DNA from: Minisyncoccota bacterium
GTDB taxonomy: Bacteria > Patescibacteriota > Minisyncoccia > Phycocordibacterales > UBA2135
Length of the DNA: 34,931 nt
Direction of reading: 5' to 3'
Assembly (NCBI GenBank): GCA_040879685.1
Contig: JBBDJW010000004.1
Span: forward strand, 1-34,931
Shown: one piece after another, positions 1 through 7,644 of the stretch
Layout: each line of letters starts with the position of its first letter
Position numbering within the stretch: position 1 is the stretch's first letter
Program-made: the position numbers and the translations under genes
Notes under the pieces: model-generated
Databases searched by the model: none
What the model was told of the DNA's origin: nothing
Seen by the model: the letters and a program-made list of their open reading frames with translations, nothing else

Positions 1-104
1 AAATCCTGCGGATTTTGCCCGAAATACATTCGAACTTCGTCCAATACACACCGCATTGGTAAATTACGATATCTACTTGATATTGTAATTTGGTAAGTTG
101 GGAT

Positions 105-184
105 GAGGGATTCGAACAGAAGTCCTGTTGTGGACTTCTGCGGAATTTTCCATAGGAAGAAAATTGAATCCCTCCCTCTCCGCA
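105..184 (+). repeat. tRNA-Ser-like 3' fragment (GAATCCCTCCCTCTCCGCA, 166-184) preceded by an inverted T-arm copy (GAGGGATTCGAAC, 105-117) with two hairpins in between
   Basis: 166-184 reads as T-loop end, T-stem, acceptor strand CCTCTCC and discriminator G, typical of tRNA-Ser. 105-117 is the reverse complement of GTTCGAATCCCTC. No D-arm or anticodon arm is seen in the window. Confidence 0.7.
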
Positions 185-247
185 ACTAACAGCTAGCACG
201 AAGAACTATATCGCAACAAATCTTTATGTTTGTGGTAGAGTTGAAAT

Positions 248-916
248 ATGAAGAAGGTGATCATTAATGCTGATGACTTTGGATATAGTAGCAGTATAAA
301 CAGAGGCATTCTTGAAGCTATAAAAAATGATGTGGTTACAAGCACTTCTGTCATGGTATATGGTAGAGCTGTTGATGAGGTTACTGAGCTTTCAGACATT
401 GAAGATATCTCTGTCGGACTCCATGTCCACATGGAGAAAACTATTCTCAATCCGCAAGAAGAGTTTGAAAAACAGGTTGAGATGTTTATTCGCCTGCTTG
501 GCAAAGCCCCCGATCATATTGATGTCCACAAACCTCGGTCATCTGATATGAGCCAGCTCATACCACTTCTTAAAAAATATTCAAAAGACTATAAAGTTCC
601 AGTTAGAGAGCTGAATCACGCAGAGTCAATAAAAGATTTTTTCGGTATTAACGTAAAAAATGAGAATGGTGTTGATCAAGAACGAGTGAGTGTTGAGAGC
701 TTGTTGCGAATCCTAAGGGAGTTAAAAGAGGGTGTTAGCGAGATTATGACCCATGCTGGGTATTCAGATGATGAGTTGAGAGGCATGAGTTCTTACAATG
801 ATACAAGGGAGATTGAGTTACAAACATTAACGGACAAAAGAGTAATTAATTATTTTGGTGAGCATCCAGAAATTCAATTAATAAACTGGAAAGACGTTGT
901 TTTGAAAAAAAGCTAA
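248..916 (+). CDS. ChbG/YdjC (HpnK) family deacetylase
   Basis: N-terminal IINADDFG motif, VGLHV, PDHIDVH, SEIMTHAG and RxxEL near the C-terminus. Confidence 0.9.
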   Translation: MKKVIINADDFGYSSSINRGILEAIKNDVVTSTSVMVYGRAVDEVTELSDIEDISVGLHVHMEKTILNPQEEFEKQVEMFIRLLGKAPDHIDVHKPRSSDMSQLIPLLKKYSKDYKVPVRELNHAESIKDFFGINVKNENGVDQERVSVESLLRILRELKEGVSEIMTHAGYSDDELRGMSSYNDTREIELQTLTDKRVINYFGEHPEIQLINWKDVVLKKS

Positions 917-1011
917 AATGACCTTATAGAATAAAAATATAAATTACAGCTCAGTGTAACTTTATTTACCGATCCACTGTCACTTTTGTCACTTTTTGAA
1001 AAATATAAGGC

Positions 1012-1254
1012 GCACGAGGAACCTTCGATTTATATTCCGAAAAAGGTTAAAATGACCTTACAGGGCTTGACCGACCACGGTTCTCCTCCAGAGGCGGACA
1101 AGTAGCCCGAGGTAGCCCGCAAAACAAGGAACGCAGTGACTATGTTTTGCGAGAGTCCTGAGCGAAGTCGAAGGGCTCCGCATCTTAGAGCTAGCACGAG
1201 GAAGCTTGTTGGCAGTTGCTATATAAGTTTTGCTGTTTGCGATAGAATAAAAAT
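1012..1254 (+). repeat. Intergenic repeat copy R1 (A box - B palindrome - C core - 62-bp insert - A box - promoter)
   Basis: Aligns with 2467-2623 and 3589-3720. Invariant 27-bp core ACCACGGTTCTCCTCCAGAGGCGGACA at 1074-1100. Confidence 0.92.
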
Positions 1255-2343
1255 ATGAATAAAGGTTTTATACAGATTCCAATTTTGATAGCAATACTTG
1301 TCGGTGTTGCCGTGCTCGGTGGCACTGGTTATGTTGCATATGAAGTTGGTCAAAAGTCTTCAGATGATATTCCCGAATCTACAACAGCAACGACTACTGC
1401 GGGGGGTGAAGCTACAACCACTTCCGATTCTACTGATGTTGAAAAAGAACAACCAAAAAATATACAGACTAAAACTGAAACGAGTGTTCCAGCACCAACA
1501 AAAGTTGATATCTCTGTAGATACAGAAATAACAGTTTATTACGGCACTCTGGACGAGGCCCTTATGCATGAAGTACTCAAAAGAACCGCCGACGGTACGT
1601 TTGCTGGTAGTAGATACGTTGAGGAAATCAATGATGAAGATATTGAGTCTTTTGTTTTAGAAAACGGAATCAGAGGCAACAAGGTCCCCATTACACAAGT
1701 TTTTATAGAGCACCATAATATAGAAACCGTTTGTGATGATGAGGGACAAAATTGTTACCCAGACCAAACCAACGCATTTTCAACGAAAGAATATGTAGAC
1801 GAGGCCCTTTATCTTATCCCTGCGACTCAAGACAAACTAACTGAGTTTAAAAATAGTGAACTAGGTTTTTCATTTGTGTTTCCAAAAGACTGGAATACAG
1901 GGGATGTTTATAGAGGCCCCGAAAATAACCATATAGCCCTTTCAGTTAGGCTGCATTCCCCTGATTATTTTTTTGACGAAAATATACGTAATGGAATGGG
2001 TCTTGGTGGGGTTGTTCAAGGAAACGAAATTGGGTTCTTGGTGTTTCGTATAAAAGAAATGCAGGCTATGTATAACTCAGTCCAGAGTATCCTAACTGGC
2101 ACATACCAATCAAAATCAGGCTATTTAAACCCAAAGCTTATATACTCCAATGCTCAAACGTATAAAGTTAGGGGGGTTCAATATTTATTACAACCTTATG
2201 AAGGAACTCCTCGTGGCCTTGTTTCACAATTTGATGAGAATGGACTTGAATACAATTTTTCAATGGACTTATATAAACGTCTCTCAGAAGAAGACTTGCT
2301 TATGTATAAAATAATAGTAAGCTCCTTTACTCTGTTGCATTAA
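1255..2343 (+). CDS. Hypothetical membrane-anchored surface protein with prepilin-like N-terminus (KG|F + hydrophobic helix), T/S-rich linker and PsbP-like C-terminal region
   Basis: MNKGFIQIPILIAILVGVAVLGG; STTATTTAGGEATTT linker; FKNSELGFSFVFPKDW resembles the PsbP-like Y/F-x-N-xx-GF-S-F-x-Y/F-P-xx-W motif. Confidence 0.75.
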   Translation: MNKGFIQIPILIAILVGVAVLGGTGYVAYEVGQKSSDDIPESTTATTTAGGEATTTSDSTDVEKEQPKNIQTKTETSVPAPTKVDISVDTEITVYYGTLDEALMHEVLKRTADGTFAGSRYVEEINDEDIESFVLENGIRGNKVPITQVFIEHHNIETVCDDEGQNCYPDQTNAFSTKEYVDEALYLIPATQDKLTEFKNSELGFSFVFPKDWNTGDVYRGPENNHIALSVRLHSPDYFFDENIRNGMGLGGVVQGNEIGFLVFRIKEMQAMYNSVQSILTGTYQSKSGYLNPKLIYSNAQTYKVRGVQYLLQPYEGTPRGLVSQFDENGLEYNFSMDLYKRLSEEDLLMYKIIVSSFTLLH

Positions 2344-2466
2344 TCTTAACTTTTTCATAAATCTCTTTTACCCCACCTTACGTCTAAATCCCGTAAATGC
2401 CTGGCTTTTACGGATGACTATAATAGCAGATAATACTGAAGTTTTCTTTTTGAATAACTTGAATAA

Positions 2467-2623
2467 CCGAAAATAGTTAAAATAACCTTACGGGGCTTGA
2501 CCAACCACGGTTCTCCTCCAGAGGCGGACAGGCAGCTCGAGGTGGCCACATCTTAGAGTGAGCACGAGGAAGATTGTTGGTGGTTTGCTATGTAAACTTT
2601 GCTGTTTGCGATAGAATGAAATT
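2467..2623 (+). repeat. Intergenic repeat copy R2
   Basis: Core at 2504-2530 and A box GCACGAGGAA at about 2562-2571. The promoter/leader segment nearly matches 1201-1254. Confidence 0.92.
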
Positions 2624-3517
2624 ATGAAAAACAAGGTAAAAAAAGATATAACAGAGGCATTAAAACGCCTGGGGCTGGCGCGCGAAGTTTCTTTAGCAGA
2701 GATTGAAAAAGAAATTTCTCGGGCGGAAACCTCTTTTCAATCTTTTCTGGTTTTAGGTATTCTTAGCCGAATTATGCATTTTCAAGACGATAAATCGGCC
2801 GAACTTTTCATTCCGGCAGTCACTCAATGGAAAAACTATCTGCCGTGCGAGGATTTGGGCGGGTCAACTCCCGAGGAAGAAATGAAAAAATATCCACCGG
2901 GTCCCCGTGAAAGTTTTTTTATCTCTGAAATGATGAATGAATACCAACAACGTCTTGAAGATTTGGAGGAAAAAGCGGAATCGCCCAATGCCGCGCTTGA
3001 ATTTGATGTGCAATCTGATTTTTCAAAATTTCAAGAACAATATTTAAGTCGCGTGCCTTTGGAACAAATATCTGATTTGGCAAACAGCCACCTTATGAAT
3101 ATAAAAGAAATTATAATGGAAGAAAGAAGGAAGGACGGTAAACCCGAGGATAAAATCGCTAAAATCGGCGTAAAAATATTTGCTGAAAATACGGCCGAAG
3201 GGACCGGCGCAAAAATAGCGGCCATTGAAGATAAGTATATAAACACGCTTGAAGAGTTAATGAATATGCAGCAAAATCCTGGCGCGCGGAGCAAGTCTCG
3301 CGTCCGCCAAATCCGTAAGCAGTTTGAACAAGAAGAACCTTACCATCGCTGCGGGCCGGCTCCGCATCAATTTTATTCTAATTATGCCGCCGTTGTTTTT
3401 CTTGACGATGGAGAGTCCGTAGAGTTTGCCATATCTCTTCTTGACCGCGCTCTTTCATACAAACCCGACTATGACTATGCACTGGAAATGAAAAAGGGAC
3501 TGAAGGACATGGCGTAA
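2624..3517 (+). CDS. Hypothetical acidic helical protein with a possible C-terminal TPR-like repeat
   Basis: 297-aa ORF. The C-terminus FAISLLDRALSYKPDYDYALEMK resembles a TPR helix pair. Confidence 0.75.
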   Translation: MKNKVKKDITEALKRLGLAREVSLAEIEKEISRAETSFQSFLVLGILSRIMHFQDDKSAELFIPAVTQWKNYLPCEDLGGSTPEEEMKKYPPGPRESFFISEMMNEYQQRLEDLEEKAESPNAALEFDVQSDFSKFQEQYLSRVPLEQISDLANSHLMNIKEIIMEERRKDGKPEDKIAKIGVKIFAENTAEGTGAKIAAIEDKYINTLEELMNMQQNPGARSKSRVRQIRKQFEQEEPYHRCGPAPHQFYSNYAAVVFLDDGESVEFAISLLDRALSYKPDYDYALEMKKGLKDMA

Positions 3518-3588
3518 ATTGGTTTAGACCCTGGTTGAAGTAAGGACTTTTTGGAATAATCACGATAAATAGCCCCGAGAATTAAGGT

Positions 3589-3720
3589 TCTTAGTACTAG
3601 CACGAGGAATCTTCAATTTATATTCTGAGTAAGGCTAAAATAACCTTACGGGGATTAACCGACCACGGTTCTCCTCCAGAGGCGGACAGGTAGGTCGGAG
3701 AGACTCGAGTGGTCAGCCCT
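3589..3720 (+). repeat. Intergenic repeat copy R3
   Basis: A box CTAGCACGAGGAA at 3597-3609, B palindrome GTAAGGCTAAAATAACCTTAC at 3629-3649, core at 3662-3688. Confidence 0.92.
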
Positions 3721-3864
3721 CTTACACGGAACAGACAGGAAAAGAGGACGTGCAAGAAAAGAGAACAGGAACACTTTATAAGAAGCAGGGAAATGATATA
3801 CTTATATATAGATTGTACAGATATTCTCTATTTATTAGTAGTATAATTTAAGATAGTTCACTTT

Positions 3865-4593
3865 ATGAAGTTACAAATTATTACCAGCACTGCAAGCGGT
3901 GTTATTGGCATCGGTATGCTTTTTGCGCTTGCTTTTACGGTGCCAACGCACGTTCACGCACAAAGCTCGGGGTTGACTGATGACCAGATCAATTCAATTC
4001 TCAACCTCCTCACAAGCTTTGATGCCGGTCCTGATATCGTTGATAAAGTTGGGAATGTCCTGCGTGGTGAAGTAAACGAAGAGGGAAATAAGGACGAAAC
4101 GGAAGATGAACAAAAAGACGAAGAGGAAGAAGAATTTAATAATCGTAGCGGCAGAAGCAATTCCGGTCCGGGTGCTGGGTTTCTCCCCGAACAAGCAAGT
4201 GATCGCGCGAAAGAGGTGATGCAATGCCTCCAAGTTGGCCGAACGCTTGGTGTCGGTAGTGTTGGTCAGGATGTGCAGAACATACAGAAATTCTTGAAGC
4301 AGAAGGGACACTTTGATTATACGGAAACAACAGGATACTTCGGTCCTATTACCCAAAAAGCAGTACAAGATTTCCAAGAGACGCAAGGGATTATTGATCG
4401 CGGTTCACCAGAAACTACTGGCTTTGGTCTTGTGGGTCCCCGTACGCGTGGAGCACTCCAACAAGCTACCTGCTTAAGTGGAAACGAGGTTGGCCCGGGG
4501 AATGATGAAGAGGAAGAGAGCGAGGACGAACAAGAAGAGGAAGAGGAAGATGATGATGACGACGACACTGCAACATCCACTGACGGATCGTAA
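3865..4593 (+). CDS. Secreted protein with peptidoglycan-binding (PG_binding_1-like) domain and acidic low-complexity tracts
   Basis: Signal peptide ending VHA|Q; LGVGSVGQDVQNIQKFL...TGYFGPITQKAVQDFQ...GLVGPRTR; D/E runs. Confidence 0.85.
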   Translation: MKLQIITSTASGVIGIGMLFALAFTVPTHVHAQSSGLTDDQINSILNLLTSFDAGPDIVDKVGNVLRGEVNEEGNKDETEDEQKDEEEEEFNNRSGRSNSGPGAGFLPEQASDRAKEVMQCLQVGRTLGVGSVGQDVQNIQKFLKQKGHFDYTETTGYFGPITQKAVQDFQETQGIIDRGSPETTGFGLVGPRTRGALQQATCLSGNEVGPGNDEEEESEDEQEEEEEDDDDDDTATSTDGS

Positions 4594-4613
4594 TACCATT
4601 TCACGAAACGATT

Positions 4614-4648
4614 AAAACAGACCGATGGAACTCCATCGGTCTGTTTTT
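4614..4648 (+). terminator. Intrinsic (likely bidirectional) terminator
   Basis: AAAACAGACCGATGGA-AC-TCCATCGGTCTGTTTTT, about 20 bp after the stop codon. Confidence 0.85.
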
Positions 4649-4960
4649 GTATGGGCGGAGGGATTCGCCCCGCACCTACGGATATTCCACTCCGCGTATT
4701 CATAGAATGTCTACATACTGCTACTTGCCGGCAGGTAAGATTTAGTTTCCGATGGGGGTTAAGAGCGTTTTTAAGATGTATACCCGTGGTGGTGTGGGGG
4801 GCCTAAAAAAATGAAAGGAAATTTATGGTTTTGGGTTCGAGCAAGGGTTAATATTTCACCGCAGATTTGAGCGCAGCGATAATTTTTTATCGGAGAGATC
4901 CGAGTGCTTTGTGTGTTATCCTATAGATGTTGTCTGAAAGACACCATCTCAGCATACGTT

Positions 4961-5623
4961 ATGAACAAGTATAACTACAAAAGATTTCAACCCAAACTTT
5001 ATTATTCGTCTGACGGGTTTTATGGTCCCAAGCCGGGCGAACAAGCGCCTGACTTTACCGCTTACACACTTGAAGGAAAAGAAGTACGATTGTCCGATTT
5101 TTTTGGAAAACCGATTGTATTGGAAATGGGCAGTGTCACCTGCCCGGTATTTGTCGGCGTTATGTCCCGCATGAAAAAGCTTATAAAGGAATTTCCACAG
5201 GTGCAATTTTTAGTACTCTATGTCCGCGAGGCCCATCCGGGAGAAAAACGAGGTGCGCATCGGTCGAATAAAGAGAAACGCCAACGTGCGCAGGAATACA
5301 AAGCAATGTACAAAGATCCGCGGACGGTACTAGTGGATGACGTATCCGGCTTAGCGCATACAACATACGGCTTGTTCCCCAATTCAGTCTACATCATCAA
5401 AGACGGAATAATCTTTTGGCGCGCCAAGTGGAACCATCCGACAGAACTGCAAAAAAACTTGCGCCTACTATCCGAAGGAAAACCGGCTGCAAAAGAGTTA
5501 CCTTCCGAGGTTCCGGGAGCGCTTAGTCCAAGAGTTTTTTTGAATGGCGGTTTTGTGGCGCTGTGGGATTTTGTAAAAGGGTTCCCGAAACTTATTTACC
5601 TAAAGTCTTTTAAGCGTCGCTAA
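4961..5623 (+). CDS. Iodothyronine deiodinase-like / AhpC-TSA thioredoxin-fold protein (Cys form)
   Basis: PGEQAPDFT..LEG..VRLSDF.GKPIVL; GSVTCPVF; LYVREAHP; LVDD....H..YG.FPN..YII. ATG at 4961 preferred over the upstream GTG. Confidence 0.8.
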   Translation: MNKYNYKRFQPKLYYSSDGFYGPKPGEQAPDFTAYTLEGKEVRLSDFFGKPIVLEMGSVTCPVFVGVMSRMKKLIKEFPQVQFLVLYVREAHPGEKRGAHRSNKEKRQRAQEYKAMYKDPRTVLVDDVSGLAHTTYGLFPNSVYIIKDGIIFWRAKWNHPTELQKNLRLLSEGKPAAKELPSEVPGALSPRVFLNGGFVALWDFVKGFPKLIYLKSFKRR

Positions 5624-5647
5624 GAAAGCAAAATTTGTGCGTATATA

Positions 5648-5685
5648 AAAAAGAAACCGGGTTACCCAACATGTGGATAACCCGG
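5648..5685 (-). terminator. Intrinsic terminator between convergent genes
   Basis: Minus strand CCGGGTTATCC...GGGTAACCCGG followed by TTTCTTTTT. Confidence 0.65.
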
Positions 5686-5688
5686 CGA

Positions 5689-5703
5689 GTCCGCTTCGCG
5701 GAC
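5689..5703 (-). other. GC-rich 6-bp hairpin with GAA loop, candidate DGR homing hairpin
   Basis: Minus strand GTCCGC-GAA-GCGGAC downstream of the putative variable region. Confidence 0.5.
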
Positions 5704-5774
5704 AAAGGTTCAAGGACTCAAAAGCATCAAGCGATCAAGTCTCAAGGTTCAGGACTGCGGAACAGCCTGTCTGC

Positions 5775-6665
5775 CTAGGGAAGAAAGGACGACACCGACC
5801 CATAGTGCCCGTGGGCGCTGACGTACCAGCGCGTGCCGAACTCGACCCTGCCGACGTTGAAGCTGAAGACCGGGGCGCGATCGAAGCGAACGACGGCAGT
5901 CGGATCGTCGAACTCCTCACCGGCGCAGTCGATCCAGAGATCATCCAGATGCTGGAGACGCTCGGGGTGTGTCAAGATCATAATCCCGACGGCGAACGCT
6001 CCAAGACCGCATTCGTTCACCTGCATGACCTCGCGAGCTCGGCGAACCGAGCGACCGCGATGACACAGACCAAACTGGGCGGCCACCACGAGGATGTCGT
6101 GATTCTTCTGCTCGTCGCCGAGCTTCTGGAACATCGCCTCCGTCTTGGCCGACTGGCGCAGACGTTCGCTGGTGATCTGGCCGTCACGGAAGTTGTAGAA
6201 CTTACCGTTACGGGCCACATGAATAGCCTCGAGCACCTTCTGCACTGCCTCGACGTAGGTCGGAGCGACCGTCTGCCACTTCGGGATGGCGAACCATCCT
6301 TCGGCGTGCGTCGGCACTTCTCGTTCGGCGAGCTTCTCGTCGGCGAACCCGATGCCTGGGAAGATCTGGCGCAGGATGTTGGTCTGCTCCGTGATCGACT
6401 TGGGCTTCGTGTAGCCGGAGAGGTAGCCATACTTCGAGGTAACCTCCTCGTTCTTGTACTTGTCGGAAACCGACAGGTCCTTGAGCGAGGTGAGGGCCAC
6501 TTCGCGAATCGCACGGGCGAACTCGTCGCCGTGCTCGATGACGCGCTGAGCGCCGGGGTTGTCGAGGCCGAGATCTTCGAGAACCTTCTCGATGGCATCG
6601 GACCCGAACCGGTTGATCTGCTTGATCTGGCCGGTGGTTGCGGACTGCTGAGTAATCGTCGTCAT
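5775..6665 (-). CDS. GC-rich hypothetical protein, probable diversity-generating retroelement (DGR) target with C-terminal variable region
   Basis: ATG at 6665 with upstream AAGGGAGA. C-terminus ...APVFSFNVGRVEFGTRWYVSAHGHYGSVSSFLP uses mostly NNC codons. Visibly higher GC than neighbours. Confidence 0.7.
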   Translation of the reverse strand: MTTITQQSATTGQIKQINRFGSDAIEKVLEDLGLDNPGAQRVIEHGDEFARAIREVALTSLKDLSVSDKYKNEEVTSKYGYLSGYTKPKSITEQTNILRQIFPGIGFADEKLAEREVPTHAEGWFAIPKWQTVAPTYVEAVQKVLEAIHVARNGKFYNFRDGQITSERLRQSAKTEAMFQKLGDEQKNHDILVVAAQFGLCHRGRSVRRAREVMQVNECGLGAFAVGIMILTHPERLQHLDDLWIDCAGEEFDDPTAVVRFDRAPVFSFNVGRVEFGTRWYVSAHGHYGSVSSFLP

Positions 6666-6857
6666 GACGTTATCTCCCTTTCGTTTAACTATCCGAACCG
6701 CTCGGATTAGCGACTTGTCTCGATCTTGAGACGAGCGTTCTAGGAGCAAAAACTCCCACAACGCTCGTCTCAAAAAGTCCTGAAATATCAAAGTATAATT
6801 ACCACATAAGTATAGCAGGTCGTCAAGTAAAAGTCAAGCGTTGCAAGGTGTCGGAGG

Positions 6858-7580
6858 TAAATGGGGTCAGCCACCATTTTACGATAAAATAACCACATGC
6901 CAAGAATAAACAGAGTTGATATAGGTGGTGAGATAGATCATGTTCTTAATCGCGCTAACGCCCGCGTTCAAATTTTTGATAATGATGCCGATTACAAACA
7001 ATTTGAATATATTCTGGAAGAAGCTGTTGAGAAATATGATATGCGTCTACTAGCATAGCGTATAATGCCTAATTATTGGCATTTAATTTTGTATTCCAAA
7101 AAGGATGGCGACTTACAAGCGTTTTATGGGTTGGTTAAGCAATACTCACACAAGACGCTGGCATATAGCAAAAGATACTGTTGGACAAGGACATCTCTCT
7201 CAAGGAAGATATAAATCTTTTATCTGTGAACAAGGTCAACAATTGCTTACAGTACTTCGTTATGTCGAACGCAACGCTAAAACAGCAAACTTAGTTAAAA
7301 GAGCCGAAGACTGGCGATGGTCAAGTGTATGGAGGAGGGAAAACAGAACATCCAAACAAAAGAAATTGCTAAGCGATTAGCCTATTGGAATACCACAAAA
7401 CTACATAAAAGAACTTAATCTTCCGCCAACAAACAAAGAGAACAAAAAACTGGAACGCTCAGAAGAAAAAAACATACCATTTGGTCGTGAAACGTGGGTT
7501 GATAAGACGGTAAAGAAGTATAATTTAGAACAAGTTTTGCGCGGGGTGGGGAGACCCGAAATGGTGGCTGACCCCATTTA
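6858..7580 (+). mobile_element. Degenerate Y1 (HUH) transposase element bounded by a perfect 22-bp inverted repeat
   Basis: TAAATGGGGTCAGCCACCATTT (6858-6879) is the exact reverse complement of 7559-7580. Confidence 0.85.
6897..7571 (+). pseudogene. Y1_Tnp / REP-associated tyrosine transposase (RAYT)-like pseudogene
   Basis: MPRINR...HVLNRAN...IF...MPNYWHL...GHLSQGRYKS...RYVERN...DWRWSS...GRP. In-frame TAG at 7056-7058, frameshift near 7122, TAG at 7378-7380. The HUH motif has lost its first His. End coordinate approximate. Confidence 0.88.
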
Positions 7581-7644
7581 TCCTAGCGAGCTCGCCAGCC
7601 GTTTTTCGGGTTTTTTTCATAAAGATTTTTGGTATCATAAGGAA

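Noticed and set aside
1012-3720. CRISPR array interpretation of the repeats
   Set aside because: The units are more than 1 kb apart and separated by whole genes, with no uniform spacers and no cas genes.
5673-6710. 345-aa plus-strand ORF antisense to the putative DGR target, and a 193-aa alternative frame
   Set aside because: Long antisense ORFs are expected from high GC3 codon bias. The minus strand has the RBS, terminator and protein-like C-terminus.
7056-7380. TAG readthrough or recoding in the transposase
   Set aside because: A frameshift and HUH mutation co-occur, and TAG terminates normal genes here (pilM, pilB, pilC, gatC). Simple decay is more likely.
7537-7644. N-terminal extension of the pterin dehydratase ORF, an apparent transposase fusion
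   Set aside because: This is the tail of the dead transposase frame running through the IR. A -10 box and ATG at 7645 give a normal-length protein.
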